Below are positions 20,727 through 30,020 of a stretch of DNA of 40,547 nucleotides, piece after piece. The notes beneath the pieces are model-generated. The model saw only the letters and a program-made list of their open reading frames with translations, was not told where the DNA came from and ran no database searches. Source of the DNA: Calditrichia bacterium (GTDB taxonomy: Bacteria; Calditrichota; Calditrichia; RBG-13-44-9); contig JARRQT010000031.1 in NCBI GenBank assembly GCA_037381445.1, positions 1 to 40,547 of the forward strand, in the 5' to 3' direction. The position numbers and the translations under genes were made by a program. The first letter of the stretch is position 1; each line of letters opens with the position of its first letter.

Positions 20727-20755
20727 AAAATAATAGATTGATATAAATTTGTCAA
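20727..20755 (-). promoter_or_regulatory. Sigma70-type promoter for the candidate sRNA
   Basis: TTGACA (20755-20750), 17 nt, TATTTT (20732-20727). Predicted +1 is about 20720. Confidence 0.7.
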
Positions 20756-20796
20756 GTGCTTTTTCAAAATACTACAATAAAAATGAATTGAACAAA

Positions 20797-21564
20797 TTAC
20801 CGCCAGAGTACCGTATATATCAACCCGCTGAGAAAGGCATAGGAAACCCCCAGCGAAATATCGGACAAACGGTCATATTTTTTAGTATTGCTCCAATACT
20901 GATCTATCAATTTTGGATTGGTGGTTTCCCGGTACTTGCTGTAATTATCATCCGCTATATTTTTAAGGTAGAATGCCAGCCAGTGCGTGACAACGGTGCT
21001 GGTCAGAAAAATGAATTTCGATTTTAGACGGGTATGGAAAAGCGCATATCCGAAAGAAGTATCTTCTTCCTTTGTGATGTTCAAATCCAACGGCTCCAAT
21101 TCAAACAGATAGGGTTGCTGTTTTTGCAGTCTGAATTCCTGACTCCGGTAGCCGGGCTTTTCCAGTCTGAAGGTTTTGCCCTGGTTCTCATCAAACGGAA
21201 TGGTCAGCGGCGTCCGGCCCAGCATTCTGTTTTTCAAAATTAGTCTGGCGTTATAGGGAATGCTGTTAATGCTGACTTCTTTCTGAAACCTGAGGTGTAT
21301 AGTGGTGTCCTGGTTGCTGTACAGCGTGAAGGTTTGCATCAAGTTGGTCATATTCCAGATACCGCTAAAAGGGGAAAGTGCCTCAAGGCGGTGTGGACCC
21401 GGTCTTAATTCCAGATTTTCCAGCGGCGTGCTGCCTATAATCACCGAATCCAGGCGAATCTGCACATTTGAGGGAACTGAATAGATTGACAGATGCGCCG
21501 GTTCCTCCTGGGCGCCGGCGAATAAGAACAAGAGTAATATCAGAAAAACGCTTAGTATCTTCAT
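20797..21564 (-). CDS. PEGA-domain exported protein with C-terminal hydrophobic helical hairpin
   Basis: Signal peptide and two PEGA-like repeats (SIYSVPSNVQIRLD..IGSTPL; SINSIPYNARLIL..LGRTPL..LEKPGY). ATGA overlap with the upstream gene. Confidence 0.8.
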   Translation of the reverse strand: MKILSVFLILLLFLFAGAQEEPAHLSIYSVPSNVQIRLDSVIIGSTPLENLELRPGPHRLEALSPFSGIWNMTNLMQTFTLYSNQDTTIHLRFQKEVSINSIPYNARLILKNRMLGRTPLTIPFDENQGKTFRLEKPGYRSQEFRLQKQQPYLFELEPLDLNITKEEDTSFGYALFHTRLKSKFIFLTSTVVTHWLAFYLKNIADDNYSKYRETTNPKLIDQYWSNTKKYDRLSDISLGVSYAFLSGLIYTVLWR

Positions 21565-22756
21565 TTTTTATTGTCCATCTTTTTGACAAGCTGTTTATTA
21601 CCCAGGCAATAGATATGGTCATTGGAAGTGTGGAAGAATATCCGATTGCGGTAAATGATGGGAGAAGATTTGATGGGCCGGTTAAACTCCTCACTATACA
21701 GCAATTTTCCGCTTTTCCTCTCCACCACATAAAATGTCTTATCCCAGGAACCAAAATAGATAAAATCCGGCCCGGCCAGAGGTGCCGTATTAATAATTCC
21801 CTTTGCTGAAAATTCCCATAAAATTTTCCCGGTGGCAGCATCAAGCGCGATTAGCTTATGCGCATTATTTCCAACATAAACCGCGCCATCCCGGTATGCC
21901 GCATTTCCGTAAATGGAGCCATGAGTTTCCCTTTCCCACAAAATTTTCCCGGTGGCAGCATCAAGCGCTGAAATGGTGCCGGCGGTACTGCCGATAAACA
22001 GCTTGTTATCTCCCACAACCGGACCGGCATAGAGATTTTCCGCTAACCGGGAAGTCCATATTTTTTTCCTCCATCGGCGTCCAGGCAGTAGACATTACCT
22101 TTAATATCTGTAAAATATATCCGGCTGTTCAGGCTGGCGGGAACGCCAAAAAGAGAAGATGCTGCTGTGAACTCCCATTTCTTTTCCCCCGAAGCCTTAT
22201 CGAATGAGAAGAAATCGCCGTTAAATGCACCGACGAACAGGTTTTTTTCCAGCAGAAGGGGAGACGTGTTTAAATTCGGAAGCTTGTTTTCCCATATTTT
22301 GTCCAATTTGGAAATGTTAAAGGCACCCAGTGTCTTATCGCCTAGATTTGCGGCATAATAAAGCACATTATCCGAAATTGTGCCAGAATGACTAAAGCCC
22401 GGCGCCAGCCTGCCGTCGCCCATCATTTCGCCCCGATCGGATTTAATGAAGGCCAGCATTCCGTTCCGGGTTGTGAAGATCAGGTAATTATCCACTGCCA
22501 GCATCTGGTCGGTCACCACCGAACGATAGCGTTTGTCCCACAAGACCTCATAGGGCGGCAGCACATCATTTTCGACTGCATTCTGGCGCTGATTGTTTTT
22601 GAATGCGGTCAGCCAGGATTCTTCAGGATTTTCATAAGCTTTTTGAGGAATATTCAATTTCACCAGGCCCGCGCACTGCAGGAAGATGAATGCTGTCAGT
22701 CCAAGCAATCCGCTTTTCAGAATTCTTCGAGTTATTTTGTGATCAGGCATTTTCAT
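21561..22756 (-). pseudogene. BamB-like PQQ-type beta-propeller lipoprotein, split by a 1-nt deletion in a homopolymer (about 398 aa if repaired)
   Basis: Lipoprotein-like signal (..FIFLQC) and repeated AxDxxTGxxxW blades in both ORFs (22043-22768 and 21561-22016). Adding one A to the A7 run at 22061-22067 gives DADGGKKIWTSRLAENLYAGPVVGDNKLF and joins the two ORFs. Confidence 0.85.
21813..21968. repeat. 36-nt direct repeat (1 mismatch), 120 nt apart, encoding ALDAATGKILWE twice
   Basis: TTCCCAYAAAATTTTCCCGGTGGCAGCATCAAGCGC at 21813-21848 and 21933-21968. Confidence 0.9.
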
Positions 22757-25596
22757 CAGAAATCCCATCCAAAGAAAAATTGTGTAAACCAGCTGGAAGT
22801 AAATTTTTTGAAGTCGGTGGTCTTCCCAATGTCCAGACGCAGCACCAGAAAGCCGCCCAGGTTCATCCGGACACCGAAGCCGGTGCTTCCTATCAGGCCA
22901 TTCCAGGTAGTGTTCCAGGCGTTTCCCGCATCCAGGAATAGAGCACCCCGGATTCCCTGGAAGCCCATGCCGAGAAAGGGGAATTTGATTCCCAGATAAT
23001 CGATGAATGGGAAGCGCAATTCATTGGAAATGAAAGCGATTTTCTCTCCCCGGATAGACCAGCGGGGGTAACCGCGCATGTCCCAGCTGCCGCCCAGGTA
23101 GTACCAGCGGGTCTCTTTTCCCGCATTGTATAGAGTCATCAAACGCACCGCGTATGTTAAGTTGGTGCTCAAACGAAAATATTGCCGCAGATCCACCGCG
23201 AACGTGTAATAATTAACATTGGACCAGCGGAGGTCGTAAGTATTGCCGATGGTGATATTATAGCGGTGACCATCGATTGGACCAGTATACCACCAGATCG
23301 AATTATCGGAGATGAAGGATAGCCAGTTTGAAGTAAGAATGGCATATCGGCGGTAGGTTCCAACCACATCTTTATCCGAATAGCTCAGGTTCGAATTAAA
23401 CTCCATGCGGTTAAACTGTGTGAATGGATAACTGATGGTGAAGAATCCGCCGACCCGGTCTTCGTAATAAAATCCGTCTTTATAATTGTAATACCGTCCG
23501 GCAAAGCGGAACAAACCGTAACCATAATTCGTGCGTTTTTCCAGGGACACCTTGGTGACAGCGGCATTAAAACTTTTCAGGAAATCACCCCGGCTCTGGG
23601 AGTTGTTGTAAACCAGTATGTAATACTGGTCATTTCCGAGAAGATCGGTGAAGGCCAGCAGCGCCCCGCCGGTAGTCCCCCAGAAAGGATCCTGACTGAC
23701 CTGAGTCTGGGCAATATCCAGATCATATTTTTTGCGGTATCGCAATTTGGAAATGACCTTGCTTCCGGATAGCCGGTTGAAATGCCATTGCCGGTGACCC
23801 CACATGGTGTGGTTGGCGAGAACTGTGGAGGTGGAATCGATCTTCTCCCGCAGGTGGTCCATCATGCGAATCTGAAATCGGTTGTTCTCATAGGCCGTGA
23901 AGAGCAGCCGATTATCACTGGCCCATTCAGGATCGAAAGCCGCGTTCGCAAAAAAGGACACTTTCTTCAATTTTACTTCTTTATAACTTTCTGCATCGAG
24001 CTGCGGCACACCGGTCAGATCTGCAACCCATATGTTTAAGGAAGAATCGCGGTCGGAGGTAAAGGCGATATAATTTCCATCGGGTGACCAGACCGGTGTG
24101 TTGTCCTGAAATTTTCCGGCTGTCAGATAATAGGTCAGATCATTATCCAGGTCATACACAAACAGGTTGTAGGCCCATTGGTTGCCGTACCGGGTCCGGT
24201 CGGAGGAAAAGACGATTTTATGTCCGTCCGGTGAAAAAGCGGGTGCCTGATCCTCGTAGAAATCATTCGTCAGGCGGATTAATTTGTCTTCATTTTTGCG
24301 GAAAATATAGAGATCCTGTTTGCCGCTGAAATCCAGTCCTGTGAAAACAATAGTGTTTCCGTCCGGCGAAAATGACGGCGATGAAATCCCCACGATGTCC
24401 GCCCACTGATGACGCTGCACAACCCTTTCTTCCGGAATATTATAGATATAAAGGGCATCGTTCTCGCCGCTCTTGGCCACGAATGCCAGGTTGCCCTGCT
24501 TGTCCACATCTATTTTGCTGGTAAACAAATGAAACGATTCGAATTCGGAAGTTCGCTCCCCTTTTACCAGCGTTTTCAATTTTGCGGAGTGTTCCATTGG
24601 CAGGGTCTTAAGGTCGGACATATAGATGTTTGAATATCCGGTCCGGTTTCCCACAAAGACCACCTTCTCATTTCCTTCCGCATCCTTGTAATAGGCGGGT
24701 TTGAAATTATACCCCCTCCGGACAATAGTCTTGGTCACCATCTTGGACATATCGTTATTTTTTAAAAGGGGATAATATCGCTTCTTGAGGCTGTATATCC
24801 ATTCCTGATCAAATTGTTCATATGTTTTTCCCACCACTTCGGTAAAGACATCCGAGAACTTGCTGTACTTCCAAATCTGGTCCATCAGCAGCAGGACCTT
24901 CTCCTCGCCATAATTCTCTGAAATATACTGGAGAATGGCCTGGCCTTCCTTATACATCATGAAGGTGCCGTATATTTGATACATCCGGGATAGCGGCACG
25001 ACGTAGTTATTCAACACCGCATCTTTCATTACCATTTCCGCCTGAGAATCCCAGCCGCTGGACCAGTATTCCGCCAGTCCTTCCGTAAACCACAGGGGAG
25101 GATAGGTTCCCTCAAAACGGGAATGCTCTTTGTTCACGAAATAGATCTTGCTGTGCATAAAAACATGCACCAGCTCGTGATAGATGACTTTACGGAACTG
25201 ATTCATATTCCCGTCGCTGGGAATAACCACCCGGCCCTTCAGAAATTCAAAAAAACCGCCCACGCCTTCCGGTATAAATGAAGGGGTGACATTGGTTTGC
25301 TGAAAATGAAGGTGTGAACTGTAAAATATAAGAGGGATGCGCCGGTTGATGGTAAAATTGAATTTATTCTCGAGGTACCGGTAAGCTTCCTCAGCAAAAT
25401 TTGCTCCCTGCTCCGCCAGCTCTTCCATTTCCGGATAATAATAAATATCGAAATGATCTGTTTTTAAAATATGCCAGTTAAAATCGGTATATTGAATCTT
25501 ATTCCGGCCAAAATAAAACCATTGCGCATGGGCATTTTGAAATAGAAAGGAACTGAGCAGAATAAAAATAGGGAAGAATTTTATTGAAGCTTTCAT
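22756..25596 (-). CDS. Outer-membrane protein: N-terminal MA-clan (gluzincin-like) Zn peptidase + TolB/PD40 beta-propeller + C-terminal Omp85/BamA-type beta-barrel
   Basis: Signal peptide; HELVH..PLWFTEGLAEY; repeats of P.FSPDG..I.F; barrel with GGSWDMRGY (VRGF/Y-like loop 6), ELRFP, FLDAGNAW, GFGVR and terminal FFFGWDF. Confidence 0.85.
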   Translation of the reverse strand: MKASIKFFPIFILLSSFLFQNAHAQWFYFGRNKIQYTDFNWHILKTDHFDIYYYPEMEELAEQGANFAEEAYRYLENKFNFTINRRIPLIFYSSHLHFQQTNVTPSFIPEGVGGFFEFLKGRVVIPSDGNMNQFRKVIYHELVHVFMHSKIYFVNKEHSRFEGTYPPLWFTEGLAEYWSSGWDSQAEMVMKDAVLNNYVVPLSRMYQIYGTFMMYKEGQAILQYISENYGEEKVLLLMDQIWKYSKFSDVFTEVVGKTYEQFDQEWIYSLKKRYYPLLKNNDMSKMVTKTIVRRGYNFKPAYYKDAEGNEKVVFVGNRTGYSNIYMSDLKTLPMEHSAKLKTLVKGERTSEFESFHLFTSKIDVDKQGNLAFVAKSGENDALYIYNIPEERVVQRHQWADIVGISSPSFSPDGNTIVFTGLDFSGKQDLYIFRKNEDKLIRLTNDFYEDQAPAFSPDGHKIVFSSDRTRYGNQWAYNLFVYDLDNDLTYYLTAGKFQDNTPVWSPDGNYIAFTSDRDSSLNIWVADLTGVPQLDAESYKEVKLKKVSFFANAAFDPEWASDNRLLFTAYENNRFQIRMMDHLREKIDSTSTVLANHTMWGHRQWHFNRLSGSKVISKLRYRKKYDLDIAQTQVSQDPFWGTTGGALLAFTDLLGNDQYYILVYNNSQSRGDFLKSFNAAVTKVSLEKRTNYGYGLFRFAGRYYNYKDGFYYEDRVGGFFTISYPFTQFNRMEFNSNLSYSDKDVVGTYRRYAILTSNWLSFISDNSIWWYTGPIDGHRYNITIGNTYDLRWSNVNYYTFAVDLRQYFRLSTNLTYAVRLMTLYNAGKETRWYYLGGSWDMRGYPRWSIRGEKIAFISNELRFPFIDYLGIKFPFLGMGFQGIRGALFLDAGNAWNTTWNGLIGSTGFGVRMNLGGFLVLRLDIGKTTDFKKFTSSWFTQFFFGWDF

Positions 25597-26087
25597 TATA
25601 GCTGCTCCATTAAATTCCAGGTCAAATTATTTAATGCTTAAAACGATACCTCTGACTCATTATGGATTTTGGTGAACAGGTATCTTTGATTTTAATATAC
25701 AGTTACCCAAAAGTGAATGGTTGTATTCGAAAAATGTCTCTTATTTACCTGCTTCTCTATTATGATTCCATGAGAGAGATGTCCCGGCCTCGAATGAAAA
25801 AATTCAAAACGAATTGTGCGATCCTGTAAATCACTTGTCGGAAATAGTCGGACCCTTCCAAAAATGGCTAAAAACCTAAATTTAAAAATGTGGTATGGAA
25901 TACAAATTTATCGACCGTTAAGGTTTAAACTCCTTCCGCTTATTTAAAATAAATCAGTGAAATCAGTTCACAGCACCTTCATAAATATTTGAATTTTTAT
26001 CCGGAATACAAGTTCCGTGAACACCAATTTTAAATGAAATCTGCTCGGAAAAATGATAGTACTAAATTTCTCACCAAAGGAGTTCGT

Positions 26088-27026
26088 GTGACAACCAAAA
26101 CCAGGACAGTTCTGATATACGGTATCATCGGGATTTGCTTTACATTGCTTTTCGTTGGCGGTCCGGATTATTACTCCTCCAGATCTTTCAAGCAGTTCTG
26201 GAACCTGGGACATATTTTTTTCTTCGCTCTTCTGACCTTTACCCTTATGCAGCGATGGAATTTATTGAAAAATATGGATCTGTGGAAACAGCTGCTATGG
26301 ATACTTCCGGTTACATTTTTGATGGGGGGAGTGATTGAATGGGCCCAGGTCGATTTTCAGCGGACTTCGGAATTCGAAGACGTCTGGCGGAATATGGAGG
26401 GCGCAATGCTGGCCATCTTTTTCTTCTCACCGGGCCGGAAAGCCGTCGCCCCCAATATGCTGAAAGCATTAAAAATCGGCGTGATTGCATTGATAATAAT
26501 GGAAATATATTCGCCGCTCAGCGCCGTATTCGATGAAACGATGGCCCGCGAGCAGTTTCCGGTTCTATCAGATTTTGAAAGTCGGCCTCAGGCGGAACGC
26601 TGGCAATCTGAAAACGCGATGAGCATTACTTCCGAAGAGGTGCATTCCGGCAAATATTCTCTGAAAGTCCAACTGTCCACGAAAAAATACTCGGGTGTTT
26701 TTCTGGAGTATTTCCCCCGCAACTGGGAGGGATATCGCATTTTGAATTTCAGCGTCGCTAATCCCCGGCCGGACACCCTGATGCTGGTCTGCAGGATTCA
26801 TGATGCACAGCACGTGAGAGGCGACCAGCGTTATTCCGATCGGTTTAACCGCCGTCTGACGGTTTGTCCGGGCTGGAATCAATATTCAATTTCACTCTAT
26901 GATATTGAACATGCCCCCCGGGAGCGCGAGATGGATTTGAAAAATATTATCAATTTCGGACTGTTTGCGGTTGAGCTGCCCAATCCGAGGATCATTTATA
27001 TCGATGATGTCTATTTGACTAAATAA
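26088..27026 (+). CDS. VanZ-family membrane protein with C-terminal soluble jelly-roll/CBM-like domain
   Basis: GHIFFF, GGVIEWAQ..RTSEFEDVWRN and about 5 TM. The C-terminal domain runs SDFE...HSGKYSLKV...IYIDDVYL. The start is likely GTG at 26088 after AAGGAG (ORF track gives 26034). Confidence 0.7.
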   Translation: MTTKTRTVLIYGIIGICFTLLFVGGPDYYSSRSFKQFWNLGHIFFFALLTFTLMQRWNLLKNMDLWKQLLWILPVTFLMGGVIEWAQVDFQRTSEFEDVWRNMEGAMLAIFFFSPGRKAVAPNMLKALKIGVIALIIMEIYSPLSAVFDETMAREQFPVLSDFESRPQAERWQSENAMSITSEEVHSGKYSLKVQLSTKKYSGVFLEYFPRNWEGYRILNFSVANPRPDTLMLVCRIHDAQHVRGDQRYSDRFNRRLTVCPGWNQYSISLYDIEHAPREREMDLKNIINFGLFAVELPNPRIIYIDDVYLTK

Positions 27027-27159
27027 AGTCTCAAATACTCTTTTTTTAACAAATGTATTTTTTGCTTAGGGGAATTCAGCATTTTTAGCGGCAATATTTT
27101 GTTTGTCCCAAGGTTACTGCGAAAAATTATTTTTGAAGTATGACCCTTCCTTTTTATGA

Positions 27160-27188
27160 TTGACAACCTATAAGATGCACACTAACTT
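27160..27188 (+). promoter_or_regulatory. Putative sigma70 promoter upstream of the S9 peptidase
   Basis: TTGACA-17 nt-TAACTT. Confidence 0.45.
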
Positions 27189-27346
27189 ACAGGCAGAATT
27201 TTTTCTCTGAAGTGTCTGGTATTGGTAAAATTTCAGCAACTTGATATTTCAGTACCGTGAGATTTTCCCAGCGCTTTGCGCCTTACTAAATTTGATTTTC
27301 GTTATACTAGATATTGTTCGTTAAACTTCATATTCGGGAGGAATAA

Positions 27347-29257
27347 ATGATAAATTTGAAAAATCTGACGGCTCTTCTGATATTTAGTGCCATTGCAATG
27401 CTTGTTTTTTCCTGCGCCAGACCCCAGCCTAAAATCATCCCGCGTAAGGTTCTTTTTGGCAATCCGGCAAAAACCAATCCCCATATTTCGCCGGACGGCA
27501 GTCAGATAGCATATCTTGCTCCGGTTAAAGGGGCGCTGAACATCTGGGTAAAAACCCTTTTAGAGGATGATGATCATGCCGTCACCCAGGATACGTTGAG
27601 CGGCATCCATCGTTATATTTGGGCGCAGGACAGCAAACATATTTTGTTTCTGCGCTCTGGAAACGGAAATGAAAAGCGGCAGCTCTATGGCGTCAATATA
27701 GAGAGTCTGGAGGAAAGAGAGTATACACCCTTTCCAAATGTCCAGGTACGCATTTTGGCAACCAGCAAGTTTTTTCCCGATGAAATATTGATTGAAATGA
27801 ATAAGGAAAATCCCGGATTGCATGATGTCTATATGCTGAATCTGACATCGGGTGATTATCATATGGTTGCACGGAATCCGGGCAATGTCATCTCCTGGCT
27901 GGCTGACGCCGATTTCAAGGTGCGGGCGGCCGTGGCGTCAGATCCCGACGGAGGAACCGAACTGCTCATACGCAAGGATGAACAATCCACCTGGAAATCC
28001 ATTCTGACCTGGAGTCCTGAGAACAGCTTCATCAGCGGTCCGGTGAGTTTCAGCCGGGGAGGCGATTCTCTTTATATGATTGATTCCCGCGGATATAATA
28101 CCGCCGGGCTGGTGTTGATGGATGTTGCCAGCCGGGACACCACCGTTATTTTCCGGAATCCCGATTATGATGTGGGGGATGTCATGATCAACCCTGATTC
28201 CTATAAAGCGGAAGCTGTTTCCTATATCTCAGCCCGCCGTAACTGGGTGCCCCTTGATCCCAAAATCGCGACTGATTTTGATATCATATCACACCTGGAT
28301 TTCGGAGATTATATAATTTATGATCGTGATGCCGAAGATGATGTCTGGTTGATTGGTTTCACCAAGGATATCGGTCCTGTTTCTTATTATACCATTAACC
28401 GGGAACGTGATGAAGTGGAATATCTGTTTGATCAGCAGCCGAATCTCAAGCGTCATGCGCTGGCCAGAATGGATTCTATTACCTATACTGCCCGGGACGG
28501 ACTTCCCATTCGCGGGTACATCACGTACCCGGTCTGGAAAAAACATAAGAAGCTGCCCCTTATTCTGGATGTACACGGCGGGCCATGGACCAGAAATACC
28601 TGGGGTTATGATCCCGATGCGCAATGGATGGCGAACCGGGGATATATCTGCCTGCAGGTGAATTACCGGGGTTCCACCGGCTATGGAAAGAAATTCTTGA
28701 ATGCGGGGAACAAGGAATGGGGCGGAAAAATGTATACCGATCTGGTGGATGCCGTCAACTGGGCAGTGCAGCAGGGGTATGCAAATCCCCGCAGGATTGC
28801 CATCTATGGTGAATCCTATGGTGGATATGCCGCCCTGATGGGCGCCGCCAAGAATCCGGCATTGTATCGCTGCGCGGTGGATATTATGGGCCCGACCAAT
28901 CTGGTTTCCCTGATTCGTTCTATTCCCCCGTACTGGACTCCCTATTTGGCCGCCCTTAACGAACGCGTGGGGAATCCGGAAACTGAAATTGAGTTTCTGC
29001 GCTCCCGTTCACCGATTTTCAATGCGGACAGCATCCGGATTCCTGTTCTCATTGCGCAGGGAGAAAATGATCCCCATGTCCATCGTACCGAGACTGAGAA
29101 AATGGTGGAAGCGCTGAAAGAGAAGGGCGTCAAGGTGGAATATCTTCTTTTCCCGAATGAGGGCCACGGGCTGACCCGACCCGAAAATCGACTGAAATTT
29201 TATTCGGATGCTGAAAAATTCCTGTCCCGCTACCTGGGAGGGCGTTATGAAGAGTGA
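27347..29257 (+). CDS. S9 (prolyl oligopeptidase family) peptidase, lipoprotein
   Basis: Lipobox LVFSC; VHGGPW, NYRGSTGYGK, nucleophile GESYGG, QGENDPHV and EGHG; GGAGG RBS. Confidence 0.92.
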   Translation: MINLKNLTALLIFSAIAMLVFSCARPQPKIIPRKVLFGNPAKTNPHISPDGSQIAYLAPVKGALNIWVKTLLEDDDHAVTQDTLSGIHRYIWAQDSKHILFLRSGNGNEKRQLYGVNIESLEEREYTPFPNVQVRILATSKFFPDEILIEMNKENPGLHDVYMLNLTSGDYHMVARNPGNVISWLADADFKVRAAVASDPDGGTELLIRKDEQSTWKSILTWSPENSFISGPVSFSRGGDSLYMIDSRGYNTAGLVLMDVASRDTTVIFRNPDYDVGDVMINPDSYKAEAVSYISARRNWVPLDPKIATDFDIISHLDFGDYIIYDRDAEDDVWLIGFTKDIGPVSYYTINRERDEVEYLFDQQPNLKRHALARMDSITYTARDGLPIRGYITYPVWKKHKKLPLILDVHGGPWTRNTWGYDPDAQWMANRGYICLQVNYRGSTGYGKKFLNAGNKEWGGKMYTDLVDAVNWAVQQGYANPRRIAIYGESYGGYAALMGAAKNPALYRCAVDIMGPTNLVSLIRSIPPYWTPYLAALNERVGNPETEIEFLRSRSPIFNADSIRIPVLIAQGENDPHVHRTETEKMVEALKEKGVKVEYLLFPNEGHGLTRPENRLKFYSDAEKFLSRYLGGRYEE

Positions 29258-30020
29258 GAGCCCGCAGAAACTTTCGGTAGATGATCGAATTTGTGATATT
29301 AAAAATTTCAGAATAAAAGCGTGAATAATCCACCGATCCCAAGGCAGGAAGAAGTTCAGATATAACCGCCGGGAATGGATTGGTCCGGAGATACACTCCC
29401 GCAGAGGGTGATATGTTTGCTGTCGGGCCCGAATGGGTTATTCGGAATTAGTTCGGTAAGCTCGCTTTTTACGCGAATACCAAAACTAAAAAAAGTAAGA
29501 CACAAAATTTGCATCTAAAAAGCGAATGGATTGATTTTTGTTTGGATTGCAGCGGGCAGTAAAAATTCAGGAATCCTGATAAGGCAGTTGGTGCCACGCT
29601 TTTTATCTTATTCATCGGTTGTGTCCATTTGAGTAGCAAAACGGATTGTGATTTTCTCTTTTTTCCCGATGTCTCGTTCCAAATCTCTTTTTGCCATTCA
29701 ATAACAAGATCCCTGCAGGTTTTTTACGGAAAATGTATTAGAACCACATGCCAAAGGCAATTTGGGGGAAAGCGTACAATATCAACTTAGCCGCTGGCAC
29801 CGGAAATCCTGGCGGATTGAAGCCGCGGCTCTCGTCATGAAACTACCCGTCATGTTTGGTGTTACAAGAAAAGACGTGAGAAGTTGATCAGGAAGGAAAG
29901 ACAAATAAGTCGCCTCATCATAATGAAAGCTTGTGAGATATTTACCTGTCCGGATTAAATTCAGAAGGAGGCGATAAACGATAACATTTTGTTTCGAGGA
30001 CGAAAACCGGAGTAAATAAT

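Noticed and set aside
20686..20730. Type I toxin ORF opposite the candidate sRNA (GGAGG on the plus strand)
   Set aside because: Only a 7-codon TTG ORF with too-short RBS spacing follows, and it is not a hydrophobic peptide.
20534..20767. 77-aa minus-strand ORF ending at the GWxTD start
   Set aside because: It has a TTG start with no RBS and runs through a promoter and a terminator; the sRNA interpretation fits better.
21813..21968. 36-nt direct repeats as a mini-CRISPR
   Set aside because: Only two copies with an 84-nt spacer, in frame within propeller blades, and no cas genes.
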